A DNA stretch of 64,000 bases from Thermoanaerobaculia bacterium (GCA_963664405.1 OY761158.1:2944001-3008000), one strand, 5' to 3'. Positions 37,138 to 48,493 are shown, numbered from the stretch's first letter. Notes: generated by a model not told the origin, from the sequence alone. Numbers and translations are program-made.

Positions 37138-38603
37138 CGGAGGGCCGCAGGCTAGTACGGGGCTTCCTCGCTCTCTCCGGCGGCGAGATCGTCGCCAAGC
37201 TCGTGGGCTTCGCTGCTTTCGCCTACCTGGCGAGGGTCCTGGGCCCCGAGTCCTATGGAGCCGTGGAGCTCGCGGTTGCCGTTTCTCTCTTCTTCACCCT
37301 GATCATCGACTTCGGGCTCGGCCCGATCGGCGCCAGGGAGGTTGCCCGCGACGCCGGCCGAGTGCCAGAGCTCGCAGCGAGTGTGCCGACCCTCCGCACC
37401 CTCCTGGCCATCCTGGCCGTAGCTGCGATGTGGCTCGTTCCAGAGGCCCTCGACGCCTCGAGCGCGACCGCCAATCTCATCCGTCTCTACGCGATGGCAC
37501 TCTTCGGTGCCGCTTGGGTACAGCGGTGGCTCTTTCAGGGCCTGGGCATGATGATCTGGGTATCCGCCGGCCGGGTTGTCCGCACCCTTGTCTTCGCAGC
37601 CGCCGTCTTCATCCTGGTGCGAAGGCCGGAGCAACTCCTGAGCGTCGGAGTCGCAGAAGTCGCTGCCGCCGCCGCCGTAGCTCTCTACTATCTCGGAGCC
37701 CAACACCTCTGCGTCACTCCGCTCCACTTTGGCGCCCCCCCTCACGCCCTCGTCAATCTTCTCCGCGAAAGTCTGCCGCTGGGCATCAGCCAGGCTCTCT
37801 GGGCACTCAACCAGTACTTTCCCACCCTGGTGGTGGGCGCCCTCGCACCGCCGCCGGGGCGCGAATTGGCCTGGTTCGGAGCTGCCCAACGCGTTGCTGT
37901 GTCTCTGGCCAGCTTCAGCTGGATGTACCACTTCAACCTCTTTCCGAGCCTGTCGCGGCGGCTCGGCGAATCGAAGCTCGCCTACGAGCGTCTCGCGCAG
38001 AGCTCTTTTCGAGTCTGCGCGTGGGGCGGCATTTTCATCGCCCTCGTAGTGACGCTCTTAGCCACACCTCTCTGTCGACTCCTGTTCGGAGCCGGCTTTG
38101 ACGCAGCTGGCTCGAGCCTCGCCATCGTCATCTGGACGGTACCCATCTCCCTGCTCTCCGGTCACGCACGCTGGGCCCTGATCGCGGCACAGGAGCAGCA
38201 GGGAGTGCTCGTCGCACAGGCGGCCGGCGCCGCCACCACCCTGGCGATGGCCCTCCTCCTCGCTCCGCGCTGGGGAGCCATCGGCGCCGCCACTGCGATG
38301 GTGGTGTCAGTGTTCGTAATCTGGCTCGTTTCCCATCGCCTCGCCCAGCGGCGGGTCGCGACCGTCCCTTTTCTCGCCGCGACGGCAAAGCCTGCGGGGG
38401 TCGCGCTAGTGGCAATGGTCCTGGCGAGCGCAGCCACATCGCACCCTCCCGCCGTAGCAGCGATCGCGGCATTCGCCTACCTCGGCGGGGCCGCGATTGT
38501 CGACCGCACACTGCTCCGCGACCTCGCGCGGCTCCTTGGTGAGATCAGAGGCGAAGAACCTCAGCCGCCGGAAGCGCACATCGCTCCCGGGCGACGCGAC
38601 TGA
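37134..38603 (+). CDS. Wzx-like oligosaccharide flippase
   Basis: YLARVLGPESYG, DFGL, REVAR, WLFQG, WGAIGAA; 12-14 TM segments. Confidence 0.85.
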   Translation: MTEGRRLVRGFLALSGGEIVAKLVGFAAFAYLARVLGPESYGAVELAVAVSLFFTLIIDFGLGPIGAREVARDAGRVPELAASVPTLRTLLAILAVAAMWLVPEALDASSATANLIRLYAMALFGAAWVQRWLFQGLGMMIWVSAGRVVRTLVFAAAVFILVRRPEQLLSVGVAEVAAAAAVALYYLGAQHLCVTPLHFGAPPHALVNLLRESLPLGISQALWALNQYFPTLVVGALAPPPGRELAWFGAAQRVAVSLASFSWMYHFNLFPSLSRRLGESKLAYERLAQSSFRVCAWGGIFIALVVTLLATPLCRLLFGAGFDAAGSSLAIVIWTVPISLLSGHARWALIAAQEQQGVLVAQAAGAATTLAMALLLAPRWGAIGAATAMVVSVFVIWLVSHRLAQRRVATVPFLAATAKPAGVALVAMVLASAATSHPPAVAAIAAFAYLGGAAIVDRTLLRDLARLLGEIRGEEPQPPEAHIAPGRRD

Positions 38604-38625
38604 CCAGAAGAAAGGGAGTTAAAGC

Positions 38626-38844
38626 ATGACTACAGCCGACACTGTCCGGGTCGAGAAGGCGGGTCCCGTCACCACCGTATTGCCTCGCTTCTTGTCCTAC
38701 CGGCGCCAAGGCCTCTTCGCCCACGACAACAATCGTCATGCGCTTGCAAAGGGCATACGTGGCTGCGCAGTGTCTGGGTCCGGTAGACTTCGACAGTGCC
38801 CTCCGGGCGGAATAGTGTTCGGGACCCACGTCGTGGAAGACTGA
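38626..38844 (+). pseudogene. chimeric remnant: enoyl-CoA hydratase-like N-terminus joined to an FAD-oxidoreductase-like C-terminus
   Basis: SD plus MTTADTVRVEKAGPVTTV, then SYRRQGLFAHDN.RHAL...THVVED*. Confidence 0.45.
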
Positions 38845-38865
38845 GACTCCTCCAACGGTTGCAAC

Positions 38866-39851
38866 GTGAAGCTCGTCATCCAGATTCCCTGCCACAACGA
38901 GGCTGGAACGCTGGCCGCCACGATTGCTGACTTGCCACGCCACCTTCCTGGAGTCGACGAGATCGAGCTCCTGGTGATCGATGACGGCAGCGACGATGGC
39001 ACCGGCGAGGTGGCGAGGCTCAACGGTGTCCACCACGTTGTCCGACACCGGGCGCGTCGAGGACTCGCCCACTCTTTCGTGACCGGCCTCGAACGCTCAC
39101 TGGAGCTGGGCGCCGACGTCATCGTCAATACGGATGGGGACAACCAGTACCGTGGTCCTGACGTCCACGTCTTGAGCGAACCGATCCTCGCGGGACGATG
39201 CGACATGGTCATTGGCGATCGCGGCGTCGCGAAGGTCGAATCTTTCTCTGTCGCGAAACGGCTGCTGCAGCGTCTCGGCAGCCGTGTGGTCGGAGCGGCG
39301 GCCGGCCTCGACATGCCACGAGCGGCTTCCGCGCCCTGAGCCGCACGGCGGCACTCCAAACTCTGGTCCTCAGCGACTACTCCTACACCCTCGAGACTCT
39401 GATCCAGGCAGGCAGCGCCAGGCTCGCCGTCGAATTCGTGCCGGTGAGAGTGAACCGCCCGACTCGGCCGTCTCGAGTCATGAAGAGCACTTGGCATTAT
39501 GTTCGTAGCTCCGCCGCTACCATCATTCGGTCCTACTCGATGTATCGGCCGCTTCGCATCTTCACGACCCTGGGTGTCATCATCATCGCCCTTGGCCTGA
39601 TCCCTGGCTTCCGCTACCTCTACTTCATGTCGATCGGCGAGAGAGTCGGTCACGTACAATCCCTGATACTCGGCGCCATCATGCTGATCGTCGGCTTTCA
39701 GATTCTCCTCATCGGGCTGGTCGCCGATCTCATTCGCTTCAATCGCAAGATCCTCGAGGAGAACCTCCTCCGCCTCCGACGGCTGGAGCTCGATCATCGG
39801 CAACGAGCGCAGATGGAGGCGGAGAAGACTCCGGCCACGACTCCCGGGTGA
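38866..39851 (+). pseudogene. GT2 glycosyltransferase split by a frameshift near 39318
   Basis: IPCHNEA, IDDGSDD, TDGDNQY...LDMP in one frame; TSGFRALSR...C-terminal TMs in another (expected DA missing). Confidence 0.8.
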
Positions 39852-39942
39852 ACCACGTGAAGGCTCTCGGCCCCCGCATCCGCCTCCTTGTACGAATCGG
39901 GCTTCCCCGCGGTGATGATGACGGGCTCGGGCTTGGCGAGGA

Positions 39943-40270
39943 ATGAGTCCTACGGTCATTGTCGGAGGTGGGCCCGCCGGCTTGACCGCGGCTTGGGAGC
40001 TTGCCAAGTTGGGCCTTCCCGCGGTCGTCCTTGAGAAGGACCCGGTGGTGGGCGGAATCGCTCGCACTGTCAACTACAAGGGATACCGCTTCGATCTGGG
40101 CGGCCACCGCTTCTTCACCAAGGTCGAGCTGATTCGCCGCATCTGGGAGGAGATCCTGGGTGATGACCTTCTGGAACGCCCGCGTCTGTCGCGGATCTAC
40201 CATCAGAACCATTTTTTCGACTATCCTCTGCGCCCCTTGAACGCCCTCGCCGGGCTCGGCCCGGTTGGCG
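39943..40270 (+). pseudogene. 5' fragment of an FAD-dependent oxidoreductase (UDP-galactopyranose mutase / PPO-like)
   Basis: GGGPAGLTAA, VGGIART, FDLGGHRFFTK, RLSRIY, FDYPL; recognisable similarity ends after ~110 aa. Confidence 0.7.
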
Positions 40271-40414
40271 CCCAGGTTGATCAGTTTCTCTTCCTCGGGC
40301 TGGGGCTATCCCGGCTTCGGCTACGGTGGCGGCTATCGACCGCCGCCGATCTACATCCCGTCCGCGCCCGTTGCCACTCAGTTCTGATCGACCTTGCTTC
40401 AGCCGCCAACGCGG

Positions 40415-40768
40415 TCACTCGCTCTGCGCCCTGGAGGAGCTGTACTTGCCGACCAGCATGGCCAGAATCACCGCGACGTAGAGCTGGCCCGTCACTCCCA
40501 TGAGGGTGGCCAACGACTTGCTGACCGGGGCTGTAGGCAGCAGATCGCCATACCCCAGGGTGGTGAAGGTCACGAAGGCGTAGTAGGTGAAGTCAGATGA
40601 CTTCTCGGCAACCTGCCCTTTAGTGGCGAGGTCCGCAGAAAAATCGGAGGCATCAGGGTAGTAGGCCGCCACCAGTGTCACGAGTAGGGAGAACGTCAGA
40701 CCCAGAAGCAAGTATCCATTGACGGATTCGACGATGAGGCGCGCCGTGACCCGTTTCGTCAGCGCGAT
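40415..40768 (-). pseudogene. 5'-truncated two-TM potassium channel domain
   Basis: YYAFVTFTTLGYGD filter, GQLYVAV; frame is open upstream to a TAG inside CTAG at 40769. Confidence 0.75.
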
Positions 40769-41141
40769 CTAGCTGATGCACAGAAGCTTCGTCGAAGAGC
40801 TTTCAGCGCACGACCTTGAGATTCCCCTGAGCCACTCGCAGCGATCGTCTTTCCGCCAAGTCGGGTCTCCAACCCGCTTTTCTTGACGTCGAGTATGCGA
40901 CGCACGAGTGGGTCCACTAGTACAACACTGGGCGGCTCTTGGAGCCGATCGGCCTCGTTCCGCCTGTCGAGGCACGAACAGAACTACTATCGACAGCAGA
41001 AACTCATGCGCGTAGCAGCGGGATTCAACTAATTCGGTCTCCGGAAGAATTCCCGGAGCGATTCAGTCACGTCCTGGCACTCGGATGACCACGATCTACG
41101 TTCTACACTCTAGAAGGACGAAATCCGTCCTCTCTAGCTAG

Positions 41142-42859
41142 CTAGTTCTCGTCCGGAATCGTGTAAGTTGTTTTGCGTCAGTGGCTTGCGAGGGAGGCAG
41201 GGCTGGTAATTCTCCGCGGAGCTTGATAGAGTCTAGGTGACGAAACCGTTGATTCTAAATAGCTTACGCCGAGAAGGAGCCAGCCCGAGATGCGACAAGC
41301 CGTCAGTATTCAGCCTGATCTCACCGAAAAGTGGCTCGATCTGGACCATGCCAAAGAACTCGAAGCGATCTCTCGCCTCCTCGACAGGGATCCTAGAATC
41401 TACGAGCTTGCGTGGCAAGACCTGCAGCTACAGGCTGGAGGCAAAGGCCAGAGCACCGGGGCGCGAGGCATGTCGGGCGAGCAGGTGGTCCGGGCCCTGA
41501 TCGTGAAGCAGATGGGCGGTTTCAGTTATTCGGAGCTCGCCTTCCACCTTGAGGATTCCCGTAGCTACCGGACCTTCTGCCGCCTCGGCCTCGTCGGGTG
41601 GACGCCGAAGAAGTCGACGCTGGCCCAGAACATCAAGGCACTGACGTGCGCCACCCTGGAGGCGATTCACAAGCGAATCGTGGCCCTGGCACTCGACACG
41701 GGAGTGGAGCGAGGCAACAGAGTCCGGGTGGACGCCACCGTGGTGGAGTCCAACATCCATCATCCGACCGACTCCGAGCTGCTCTGGGATTGCGTTCGGG
41801 TGCTTACCCGATTGCTCGCAAGGGCGCGAGGCCTGCTGGGCAGCGAGTACTTCTCGTTCCGCGACCGATCGCGGCAAGCCAAGAGGCGGCGCAAGAAGAT
41901 CAACGACTCGCGCACCAAGGATATGCGGCTCCAGCCCTACCGCGACCTGATCCAGATCACCGAGAAAGTCCAAGATTCAGCCAAGGCGGCCCGGAATGTG
42001 CTCGCCAAGCAGGGGCCTTCCCAGGAATCCGGCGCCCGTCGACTCCTCGAGGAGCTCGACTGTTTCCTCGAGCGCACCGCCACGGTCATCGACCCGACAC
42101 GCCGTAGAATTCTCGACGGCGAAACGGTCCCCGCGAGCGAGAAGATCGTCTCGATCTTCGAGGAGCACACCGCGATCATTCGCAAAGACGCCAGAGAAAC
42201 GCTCTACGGCCACAAGGTCTGCCTCACCGCCGGCTCCTCGTCCCTTGTCCTGGATCTCGTGATCCTCCAGGGAAACCCGCCCGACTCCAGCCTCGCCACG
42301 ACCATGGTCCAGCGCCACATCGCCAACCATAGCCAACCCCCGCGCCAGATCGCCTTCGACGGCGGGTTCGCCTCCAAAGCCAATCTCGAAGAGATCAAGC
42401 AGATGGGAGTGCACGATGTCGTCTTCAGCAAGGGCCGGGGCCTTCAGGTCAGTGACATGGCCCAGAGCTCCTGGGTCTACAAGCGGCTGCGCGACTTTCG
42501 CGCCGGTATCGAAGGCATCATCTCCTTTCTCAAACGCGCCTTTGGACTCAAGCGATGCACTTGGAGATCCTGGCCTTCCTTCCAGAGCTACGCTTGGGCG
42601 AGTGTGATCACCAGCAACCTCCTCGTCACCGCAAGGCACCTCATCAACTGAAATAGGGCATCGCACACCGTTCGATTCACCCCCAGCACTGCTGGAGAAA
42701 CGGAGCACCAACCCCGCAATACGCCGTCAAAGCAGCCGAGCCTTCCTGATCCAGCGAACCAGGTACAGAAAACCTGGAATCGCACGCAACAGGCCTCGAA
42801 AAAAAGCTCGATGAGACCCGGACACCACTCTATTTCGTCCGTTTCCGGACGCGATCTAG
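41142..42859 (+). mobile_element. insertion sequence copy 2, direct repeat of copy 1
   Basis: Near-identical to 27461-29179; (CTAG)3 at both ends. Confidence 0.9.
41290..42651 (+). CDS. DDE transposase, copy 2
   Basis: 453 aa; three substitutions seen versus copy 1 (H>Y, P>S, G>R). Confidence 0.92.
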   Translation: MRQAVSIQPDLTEKWLDLDHAKELEAISRLLDRDPRIYELAWQDLQLQAGGKGQSTGARGMSGEQVVRALIVKQMGGFSYSELAFHLEDSRSYRTFCRLGLVGWTPKKSTLAQNIKALTCATLEAIHKRIVALALDTGVERGNRVRVDATVVESNIHHPTDSELLWDCVRVLTRLLARARGLLGSEYFSFRDRSRQAKRRRKKINDSRTKDMRLQPYRDLIQITEKVQDSAKAARNVLAKQGPSQESGARRLLEELDCFLERTATVIDPTRRRILDGETVPASEKIVSIFEEHTAIIRKDARETLYGHKVCLTAGSSSLVLDLVILQGNPPDSSLATTMVQRHIANHSQPPRQIAFDGGFASKANLEEIKQMGVHDVVFSKGRGLQVSDMAQSSWVYKRLRDFRAGIEGIISFLKRAFGLKRCTWRSWPSFQSYAWASVITSNLLVTARHLIN

Positions 42860-43066
42860 CTAGCTAGCGCGACGACTCGCGGGGTGGGGGCAACCGGAAA
42901 CTGGGGTGGGAACACCGGAGATCCGGCGCTTCGCAGGAAAGCTACCGAGGAGTAGCACCGGTCTCTCGACCAGAAATACGGCTTTGCTCGACGGAGTGGT
43001 TTGGTGAGTGGCGGAGAGATTCCGCAACGAAACTCCTCCTCGCACCTTGGAGTGGGTGTCCAGACC

Positions 43067-43381
43067 TCAAGCCAGCGCCCACATGGTGGAGGCGAGAAGC
43101 ACACCACTCATACCGACGAAACAGGCACCTACCGCGAAAAGGTTCCCCCAGATCGTGCCTTCTGCGGCTGTCTTTCCGAGAACCAGAAGGCCGAGGAAGC
43201 AGACGCCGAGCTGTACCGTGACGAAGAAGGTCGTGGCGCCGCCCGATACGGACCCGGGGCCGCTTGCGCCGTGGGAGAGCCCCACATTGGCACCAGTCAA
43301 GATCACCCCGATGACGAGGACAACTAGGGAGCCAAGGTCCCACTTCTTTGGCTTGACGAACTCGATCTGAGGCAGTTTCAA
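43067..43381 (-). CDS. small 3-TM membrane protein
   Basis: TTG start with AAGGAG SD; TGn-TAGAAT upstream; hydrophobic segments. Confidence 0.6.
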   Translation of the reverse strand: MKLPQIEFVKPKKWDLGSLVVLVIGVILTGANVGLSHGASGPGSVSGGATTFFVTVQLGVCFLGLLVLGKTAAEGTIWGNLFAVGACFVGMSGVLLASTMWALA

Positions 43382-43470
43382 ACCGCTACTCCTTGTTTAG
43401 TGCTGGCTCGAGGAAGGTCTTTCCACCGTCGAAATACGCGCTCAATTCTAACACGGGCGCCGGGTCGAGC

Positions 43471-45036
43471 CTATGACTCTCGGGGTTGATGCTCGGGCCG
43501 CAGAAGATCGAAAACGGTTTTGACCGGAGTGAAGGCCGCGGCGGGGACTTCGACGAAAACTGTATTCCAGTCTGCCATCGACCCGTTCCAGAGTCCTGGA
43601 TGCTCGAGGGCTCTCAGGCTCCGGCCCTCCCAGTTCTTCTCGGTTACGAAGACACGGTCTCGATCGACGAAGCTCTCGAGGCGGAATGGCTCGTCGCGCC
43701 AGTCGCGTAGGCCGAGAGCCATCAGTACCGGGTTGAAGTGGGTGGATTCTCCGACGATGCTCCGCTGCTTCTTGGTCGCCCCGATCTCGGCGCTCTCGAC
43801 AATCTGCCGAGTGACGCGATGCGCCCGGTCGCGCACCCAGAACGGCCCGCCGCCGGAGTCGGTATCGAGAACGACCACGCCGCATACCCTGAGTGGCCGG
43901 TCGAGTCGTTCGACGAGTGCTTCAGCCGTGAGATGACGATCCCCCGGGGGCTCCGGTACGGAGCGCTCCAGGAAACCCGAAACGAGGCTTCGCGCCTCCC
44001 CTAGCGCCGCCTCTTCACCCTTCGTCAGCTGCCCTAGGAGCGAGTGGATCTGCTCCTGCAGCTGAACCAGAAGGCCGACCAGGGCTCGCTGCCAGAGGAT
44101 GGCAGGGCTTCGCAGCTCCGCCGGTTGCACATTGTCGATGTTCTTGACCAGCGCGATGTCAGCGCCGGCTCTCTCGAGGTTGTCGAGCAAAGAGCCATGG
44201 CCGCCAGGGCGGAAGAGAAGAGAGCCGTCGGCGGTCCTGAAGGGCGCCCCGTTGTCCGCCAGAGCGAGTGTGTCTGTCGCCGGTGACTGGTTCGAGAAGG
44301 CGATTTCGAAATCAGCTCCTTGCGCCTGCGTTTTTGCTGCCGCGCGTCGGAAGGCGTCCTCGCTGCCGCTTGGAACCGAAAAGTGCAAACGGCATGACCC
44401 CACGGAGTCCTTGACCAGCTCGAGAGCCTCCGCGAAGTGCTCATCGGCGGCAGACGCGGCGTGCCCGCGCTCGCGGTGAAAGGGTACGAGGCCCTTCGGC
44501 TTGCGTCCGTACCCGAGGCCTTGGCTGTTCATAAGCAGTCTCAGGATGGCTGAGAGGTGACCGGCTGAGCGAAGGTCCGCCAGCGACTCACCGCTCCGCT
44601 CGGCGGCCGCGGCGAGATCATCGTAGAAGGCGAAATCGGGGAGCCGCTGGGCGAAGAGAAGGCCGTCCTTCGCATCTTGGTCACCTTCTTTCGCCGCCTC
44701 GGCGAGGCGACCTGGATCGTCGGCGAGGGGGTTGTTGAGGATCCGGACCAGGCTGGCGAACATGCGGCTCGCAGCTCCCGAGGCAGGCACTATCTTGGTC
44801 AGTCGTCCCGCAGCTGCCGCGCGCTGCCAGTGGCCTAGAAGCTCGGGGAGCTTGTCCTCCTCGAGGATCTGCACCCCGTCGCCGGGGGTGCAGGCCGCTA
44901 CGAGCTCGATCGGAGGTGGTGGCGTTCGTAGCAGCGAGATCTGACGCTCAACCGCTTCCGTGGACAGCCCCCGATTCCTGAGCTGGGCCAGGTCGTCAGC
45001 GTCGAAGGGCCCCTCGCTGCGGGATTCAGGAGCCAT
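43471..45036 (-). CDS. DUF4301 family protein (probable nucleotidyltransferase fold)
   Basis: [50 protein letters not shown]. Confidence 0.85.
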   Translation of the reverse strand: MAPESRSEGPFDADDLAQLRNRGLSTEAVERQISLLRTPPPPIELVAACTPGDGVQILEEDKLPELLGHWQRAAAAGRLTKIVPASGAASRMFASLVRILNNPLADDPGRLAEAAKEGDQDAKDGLLFAQRLPDFAFYDDLAAAAERSGESLADLRSAGHLSAILRLLMNSQGLGYGRKPKGLVPFHRERGHAASAADEHFAEALELVKDSVGSCRLHFSVPSGSEDAFRRAAAKTQAQGADFEIAFSNQSPATDTLALADNGAPFRTADGSLLFRPGGHGSLLDNLERAGADIALVKNIDNVQPAELRSPAILWQRALVGLLVQLQEQIHSLLGQLTKGEEAALGEARSLVSGFLERSVPEPPGDRHLTAEALVERLDRPLRVCGVVVLDTDSGGGPFWVRDRAHRVTRQIVESAEIGATKKQRSIVGESTHFNPVLMALGLRDWRDEPFRLESFVDRDRVFVTEKNWEGRSLRALEHPGLWNGSMADWNTVFVEVPAAAFTPVKTVFDLLRPEHQPRES

Positions 45037-45580
45037 CTAGGAGGGTGGCGCCGATAGCCCCCCGCAGGGATGGCGCTCGCTTGTCCTTGTCCGAAAGGAT
45101 TGGATCTTCGATGGGCCAGACAATGCCGATCTCGGGGTCGTCCCAGGCGATCGCGATCTCGTCTTCGGCATCGTAGAGGTCGGTGCATTTGTACTCGACT
45201 TGCGCCCGCTCGGTCAGCACGCAAAAGCCATGGGCAAAACCTGCGGGTATCCACAGTTGGCGGAAGTCGTCGGCTGCAAGCCTCTCACCGACCCACTGAC
45301 CGAAGGTGGCCGAGTGAGGCCTGATGTCTACGGCGACATCGAAAATCTCACCTTCGACCGCGCGGACCAGTTTTCCTTGCGGTTTGCGCAGCTGCGCATG
45401 TAGGCCGCGCAGGGTGCCCGCCGTAGACCTCGAATGGTTGTCCTGGACGAAGATGTCGGGAATGCCTGCCTCAGCGTAGCGCTCCTGATGGTAGGTCTCG
45501 AGGAAGAAGCCGCGAGAGTCCTCGAAAACCTGGGGCTCGATCACGAACACCCCGTCGATGGCAGTGGATCGGACCTTCAC
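45026..45580 (-). CDS. rfbC: dTDP-4-dehydrorhamnose 3,5-epimerase
   Basis: [36 protein letters not shown]. Confidence 0.93.
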   Translation of the reverse strand: MKVRSTAIDGVFVIEPQVFEDSRGFFLETYHQERYAEAGIPDIFVQDNHSRSTAGTLRGLHAQLRKPQGKLVRAVEGEIFDVAVDIRPHSATFGQWVGERLAADDFRQLWIPAGFAHGFCVLTERAQVEYKCTDLYDAEDEIAIAWDDPEIGIVWPIEDPILSDKDKRAPSLRGAIGATLLDGS

Positions 45581-46450
45581 TTACTGATCCTCTAGGCTGC
45601 GTCGCAGGTAATTGCCGTATTCGCTGCTGCCAAGAGAACGCACCAGCCTCATGACTGCAGCGGCGTCGATGTATCCCATTTCATAGGCGATCTCCTCGAG
45701 GCAGGCCACCTTGAGGCCCTGCCGCTCCTCAATCGCTTGGATGAAATTGGCGGCCTGAAGCAGGGCCTCGTGGGTACCCGTATCAAGCCATGCGATACCT
45801 CGGCCCAGCCGAATGACGTGAAGCTCGTCTCGCTCGAGGTAGGCGCGGTTGACATCGGTGATCTCGAGCTCGCCGCGAGCGGAGGGCTCGAGGGAAGCGG
45901 CGATCTCAACCACTCTGTTGTCGTAGAAGTAGAGCCCGGGAACGGCGAAGGGAGATCTTGGCTTCTTGGGCTTTTCTTCCAGGTGTGTGGCCTGGCCATG
46001 GTCGTCGAAGCTGACCACGCCGTAGCGCTCCGGATCGCGCACCCGATAGCCGAATATGGTGGCTCCCTGGACCCGACGCTGGGCACGCCGCAGCACGGTC
46101 GTGAAGCCGTGACCGTGGAAGAGGTTGTCACCCAAAGCCAGCGCGACGCGTTTCTTGCCGATGAACTCCCGACCGATGAGGAAGGCCTGAGCGATGCCCG
46201 AAGGTCGGGGCTGGACTTCGTAGCTGAGGCGGAGACCGATTTGAGATCCGTCGCCCAGGAGTCGCTTGAAGTTGAGCTGGTCGTCGGGAGTAGTGATGAC
46301 CAAGATGTCCCGGATTCCGGCCCTCATCAGGGTCGAGAGGGGGTAATAGATCATCGGCTTGTCATATACCGGCACCAGCTGCTTCGACACAGCTCGGCTG
46401 ACCGGATAAAGACGAGTTCCGGAGCCGCCGGCAAGAAGGATCCCCTTCAT
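45581..46450 (-). CDS. rfbA: glucose-1-phosphate thymidylyltransferase
   Basis: [42 protein letters not shown]. Confidence 0.95.
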   Translation of the reverse strand: MKGILLAGGSGTRLYPVSRAVSKQLVPVYDKPMIYYPLSTLMRAGIRDILVITTPDDQLNFKRLLGDGSQIGLRLSYEVQPRPSGIAQAFLIGREFIGKKRVALALGDNLFHGHGFTTVLRRAQRRVQGATIFGYRVRDPERYGVVSFDDHGQATHLEEKPKKPRSPFAVPGLYFYDNRVVEIAASLEPSARGELEITDVNRAYLERDELHVIRLGRGIAWLDTGTHEALLQAANFIQAIEERQGLKVACLEEIAYEMGYIDAAAVMRLVRSLGSSEYGNYLRRSLEDQ

Positions 46451-46475
46451 CTGAGCCTGCCTTTGCTCGTGCTCG

Positions 46476-47558
46476 TCACCGACTCAATAACCCCAGTCGT
46501 GGTCGATCGTAGCCGCCTTGTACGCCTTCACACCAGCTTCGATTCTCGAGATACCAGAGCACTGTCCTAGTCATTCCCTCCGCGAGGCCGGACTGCGGCT
46601 CCCAGCCGAGGTCGCGCCGAATCTTGGATGCATCGATCGCATAGCGCAGATCGTGGCCGGGGCGGTCTTCGACGAAAGTGATGAGCTGGGTATAGGAATC
46701 GAGGCCTCTGGCTGACATCGCCGGGTTCTCAGACGGCGGTAGCTGCTCTTGAAGAGCGGTGCACAGGGTCGAGACGATCTCCAGGTTGGTGCGCTCGCCT
46801 CCTCCTCCGATGTTGTAGCTCTCTCCGGGGCGTCCTCTGACGAGAACCTCGAGGAGCCCGCTACAGTGGTCGCCGACGAAGATCCAGTCGCGAACGTTCG
46901 AGCCGTCGCCGTAGATCGGTAGATCCTTCGCTTCCACTGCATTGAGGATCATCAGAGGAATCAGCTTCTCCGGGAACTGGAAGGGGCCGTAGTTGTTCGA
47001 GCAATTCGTGATCAGGGTCGGCATGCCATAGGTGCGGTGATAGGCGCGCACCAGGTGATCGGCCGCTGCCTTTGATGCCGAGTATGGGGAGCTCGGGTCG
47101 TAGCGCGTGTCTTCACTGAACAAGCCCGTCTCGCCCAGCGATCCGAAGACCTCATCGGTAGATACATGGAGAAAGCGGAATGCCGCGCGCCGGTCGGCAG
47201 TGGCCGCTGCGAGATGCCGGCGCGCGGCTTCGAGCAACTCGAAAGTTCCACCGACGTTGGTTTCCACAAAGACCCGCGGATCCTCTATCGAGCGGTCGAC
47301 GTGAGTCTCGGCGGCGAGGTTCAGGACGGCTCGAGGTTGGTGTCGGTCGAACAGCCTCTCGACCAGCTCGCGATCATCGATGCTCCCCTCGACGAAGTCG
47401 ACACGACTGTCGACGACGACATCCGCCAGGCTCTCGCGGCAGCCTGCGTAGGTGAGGCGGTCGAGGATGACGACCCGGTCGTCCACCTTTTCCAGGGCGA
47501 GGCGCACCAGATTCGCTCCGATGAAGCCTGCGCCGCCGGTGATGAGGAGGGTATCCAT
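46476..47558 (-). CDS. rfbB: dTDP-glucose 4,6-dehydratase
   Basis: [37 protein letters not shown]. Confidence 0.95.
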   Translation of the reverse strand: MDTLLITGGAGFIGANLVRLALEKVDDRVVILDRLTYAGCRESLADVVVDSRVDFVEGSIDDRELVERLFDRHQPRAVLNLAAETHVDRSIEDPRVFVETNVGGTFELLEAARRHLAAATADRRAAFRFLHVSTDEVFGSLGETGLFSEDTRYDPSSPYSASKAAADHLVRAYHRTYGMPTLITNCSNNYGPFQFPEKLIPLMILNAVEAKDLPIYGDGSNVRDWIFVGDHCSGLLEVLVRGRPGESYNIGGGGERTNLEIVSTLCTALQEQLPPSENPAMSARGLDSYTQLITFVEDRPGHDLRYAIDASKIRRDLGWEPQSGLAEGMTRTVLWYLENRSWCEGVQGGYDRPRLGLLSR

Positions 47559-47686
47559 CTCTCTTGGTCGTGCTTGTGACTGCGGTCGCCGGTGGCTCTT
47601 GTGCGGCGGCGGTACTATATCTCCGCGAGGAGCCTGGCCGGCAGGCGACTGACCCGCGTCCGGACGCTAGACTCCGAGATCATTCA

Positions 47687-48493
47687 ATGAGCGCCTGGTA
47701 CTTGATTCTATTAGCTCTTCTGCAAGGGCTGACAGAGTTCTTGCCGGTCAGCTCTTCCGCGCACCTGATTCTGCTGCCGCGGCTGCTTTCGCTGCCGGAT
47801 CAGGGTCTCGTCTTCGACGTAGCGGCGAACACCGGCACTTTCATCGCCGTGGTGAGCTACTTTCGCCACGAGTTGGGTCGTGTGGGGATAGCGGTGCTGC
47901 GTTTGCCCGGGAGCGAGGATCGAGATCGCAGGTTGGCGGGTCACCTGCTGGTGGCAAGCATTCCTGTACTCTGCTTCGGCTGGCTCTTTCGCAACCAGGT
48001 CGCCAACCTCGCCCGTGAGCCCGTCGTGATCGGCACTGCGTCGATCTTCTTCGGCATCCTTCTCTTCATCGCGGAGAGATGGGGGCGGCGGGAGCGCTCG
48101 CTCGAGCAGCTGGATCTCCGAGGTGCCTTCGTCATCGGACTCGCCCAGGCCTTGGCCTTGGTGCCAGGCACCTCACGATCGGGGATCACGATCACTGCCG
48201 CCCTCGGCGTGCGCCTGCGCAGAGAAGATGCCGCTCGTTTCTCTTTTCTCTTGCTTGCGCCGGTGAGTGCCGCGGCTGCCATCTACGAGCTGGTCAGTCT
48301 CGCCGGGGTCGTGCCAGACGCTGCACTACTTTCACAGCTGGCGCTCGTCGTTGGTGTCTCGGCGGTCACCGGATTTGTCGTCATTCACTTGTTTCTGGCG
48401 TTGCTACGCCGCCACAACATGACTTTTTTTGTTGTGTACAGAATTCTTCTCGGCCTGGTGCTGCTGTGGCCTGCTTTCGGAAGGCTGCCTTGA
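47687..48493 (+). CDS. uppP: undecaprenyl-diphosphate phosphatase
   Basis: QGLTEFLPVSSSAH, PGTSRSGITI, AARFSFLL. Confidence 0.92.
   Translation: MSAWYLILLALLQGLTEFLPVSSSAHLILLPRLLSLPDQGLVFDVAANTGTFIAVVSYFRHELGRVGIAVLRLPGSEDRDRRLAGHLLVASIPVLCFGWLFRNQVANLAREPVVIGTASIFFGILLFIAERWGRRERSLEQLDLRGAFVIGLAQALALVPGTSRSGITITAALGVRLRREDAARFSFLLLAPVSAAAAIYELVSLAGVVPDAALLSQLALVVGVSAVTGFVVIHLFLALLRRHNMTFFVVYRILLGLVLLWPAFGRLP

Noticed and set aside
39300-39340. Programmed frameshift or phase variation in GT2
   Set aside because: No slippery run or simple repeat; looks like a small deletion removing conserved residues
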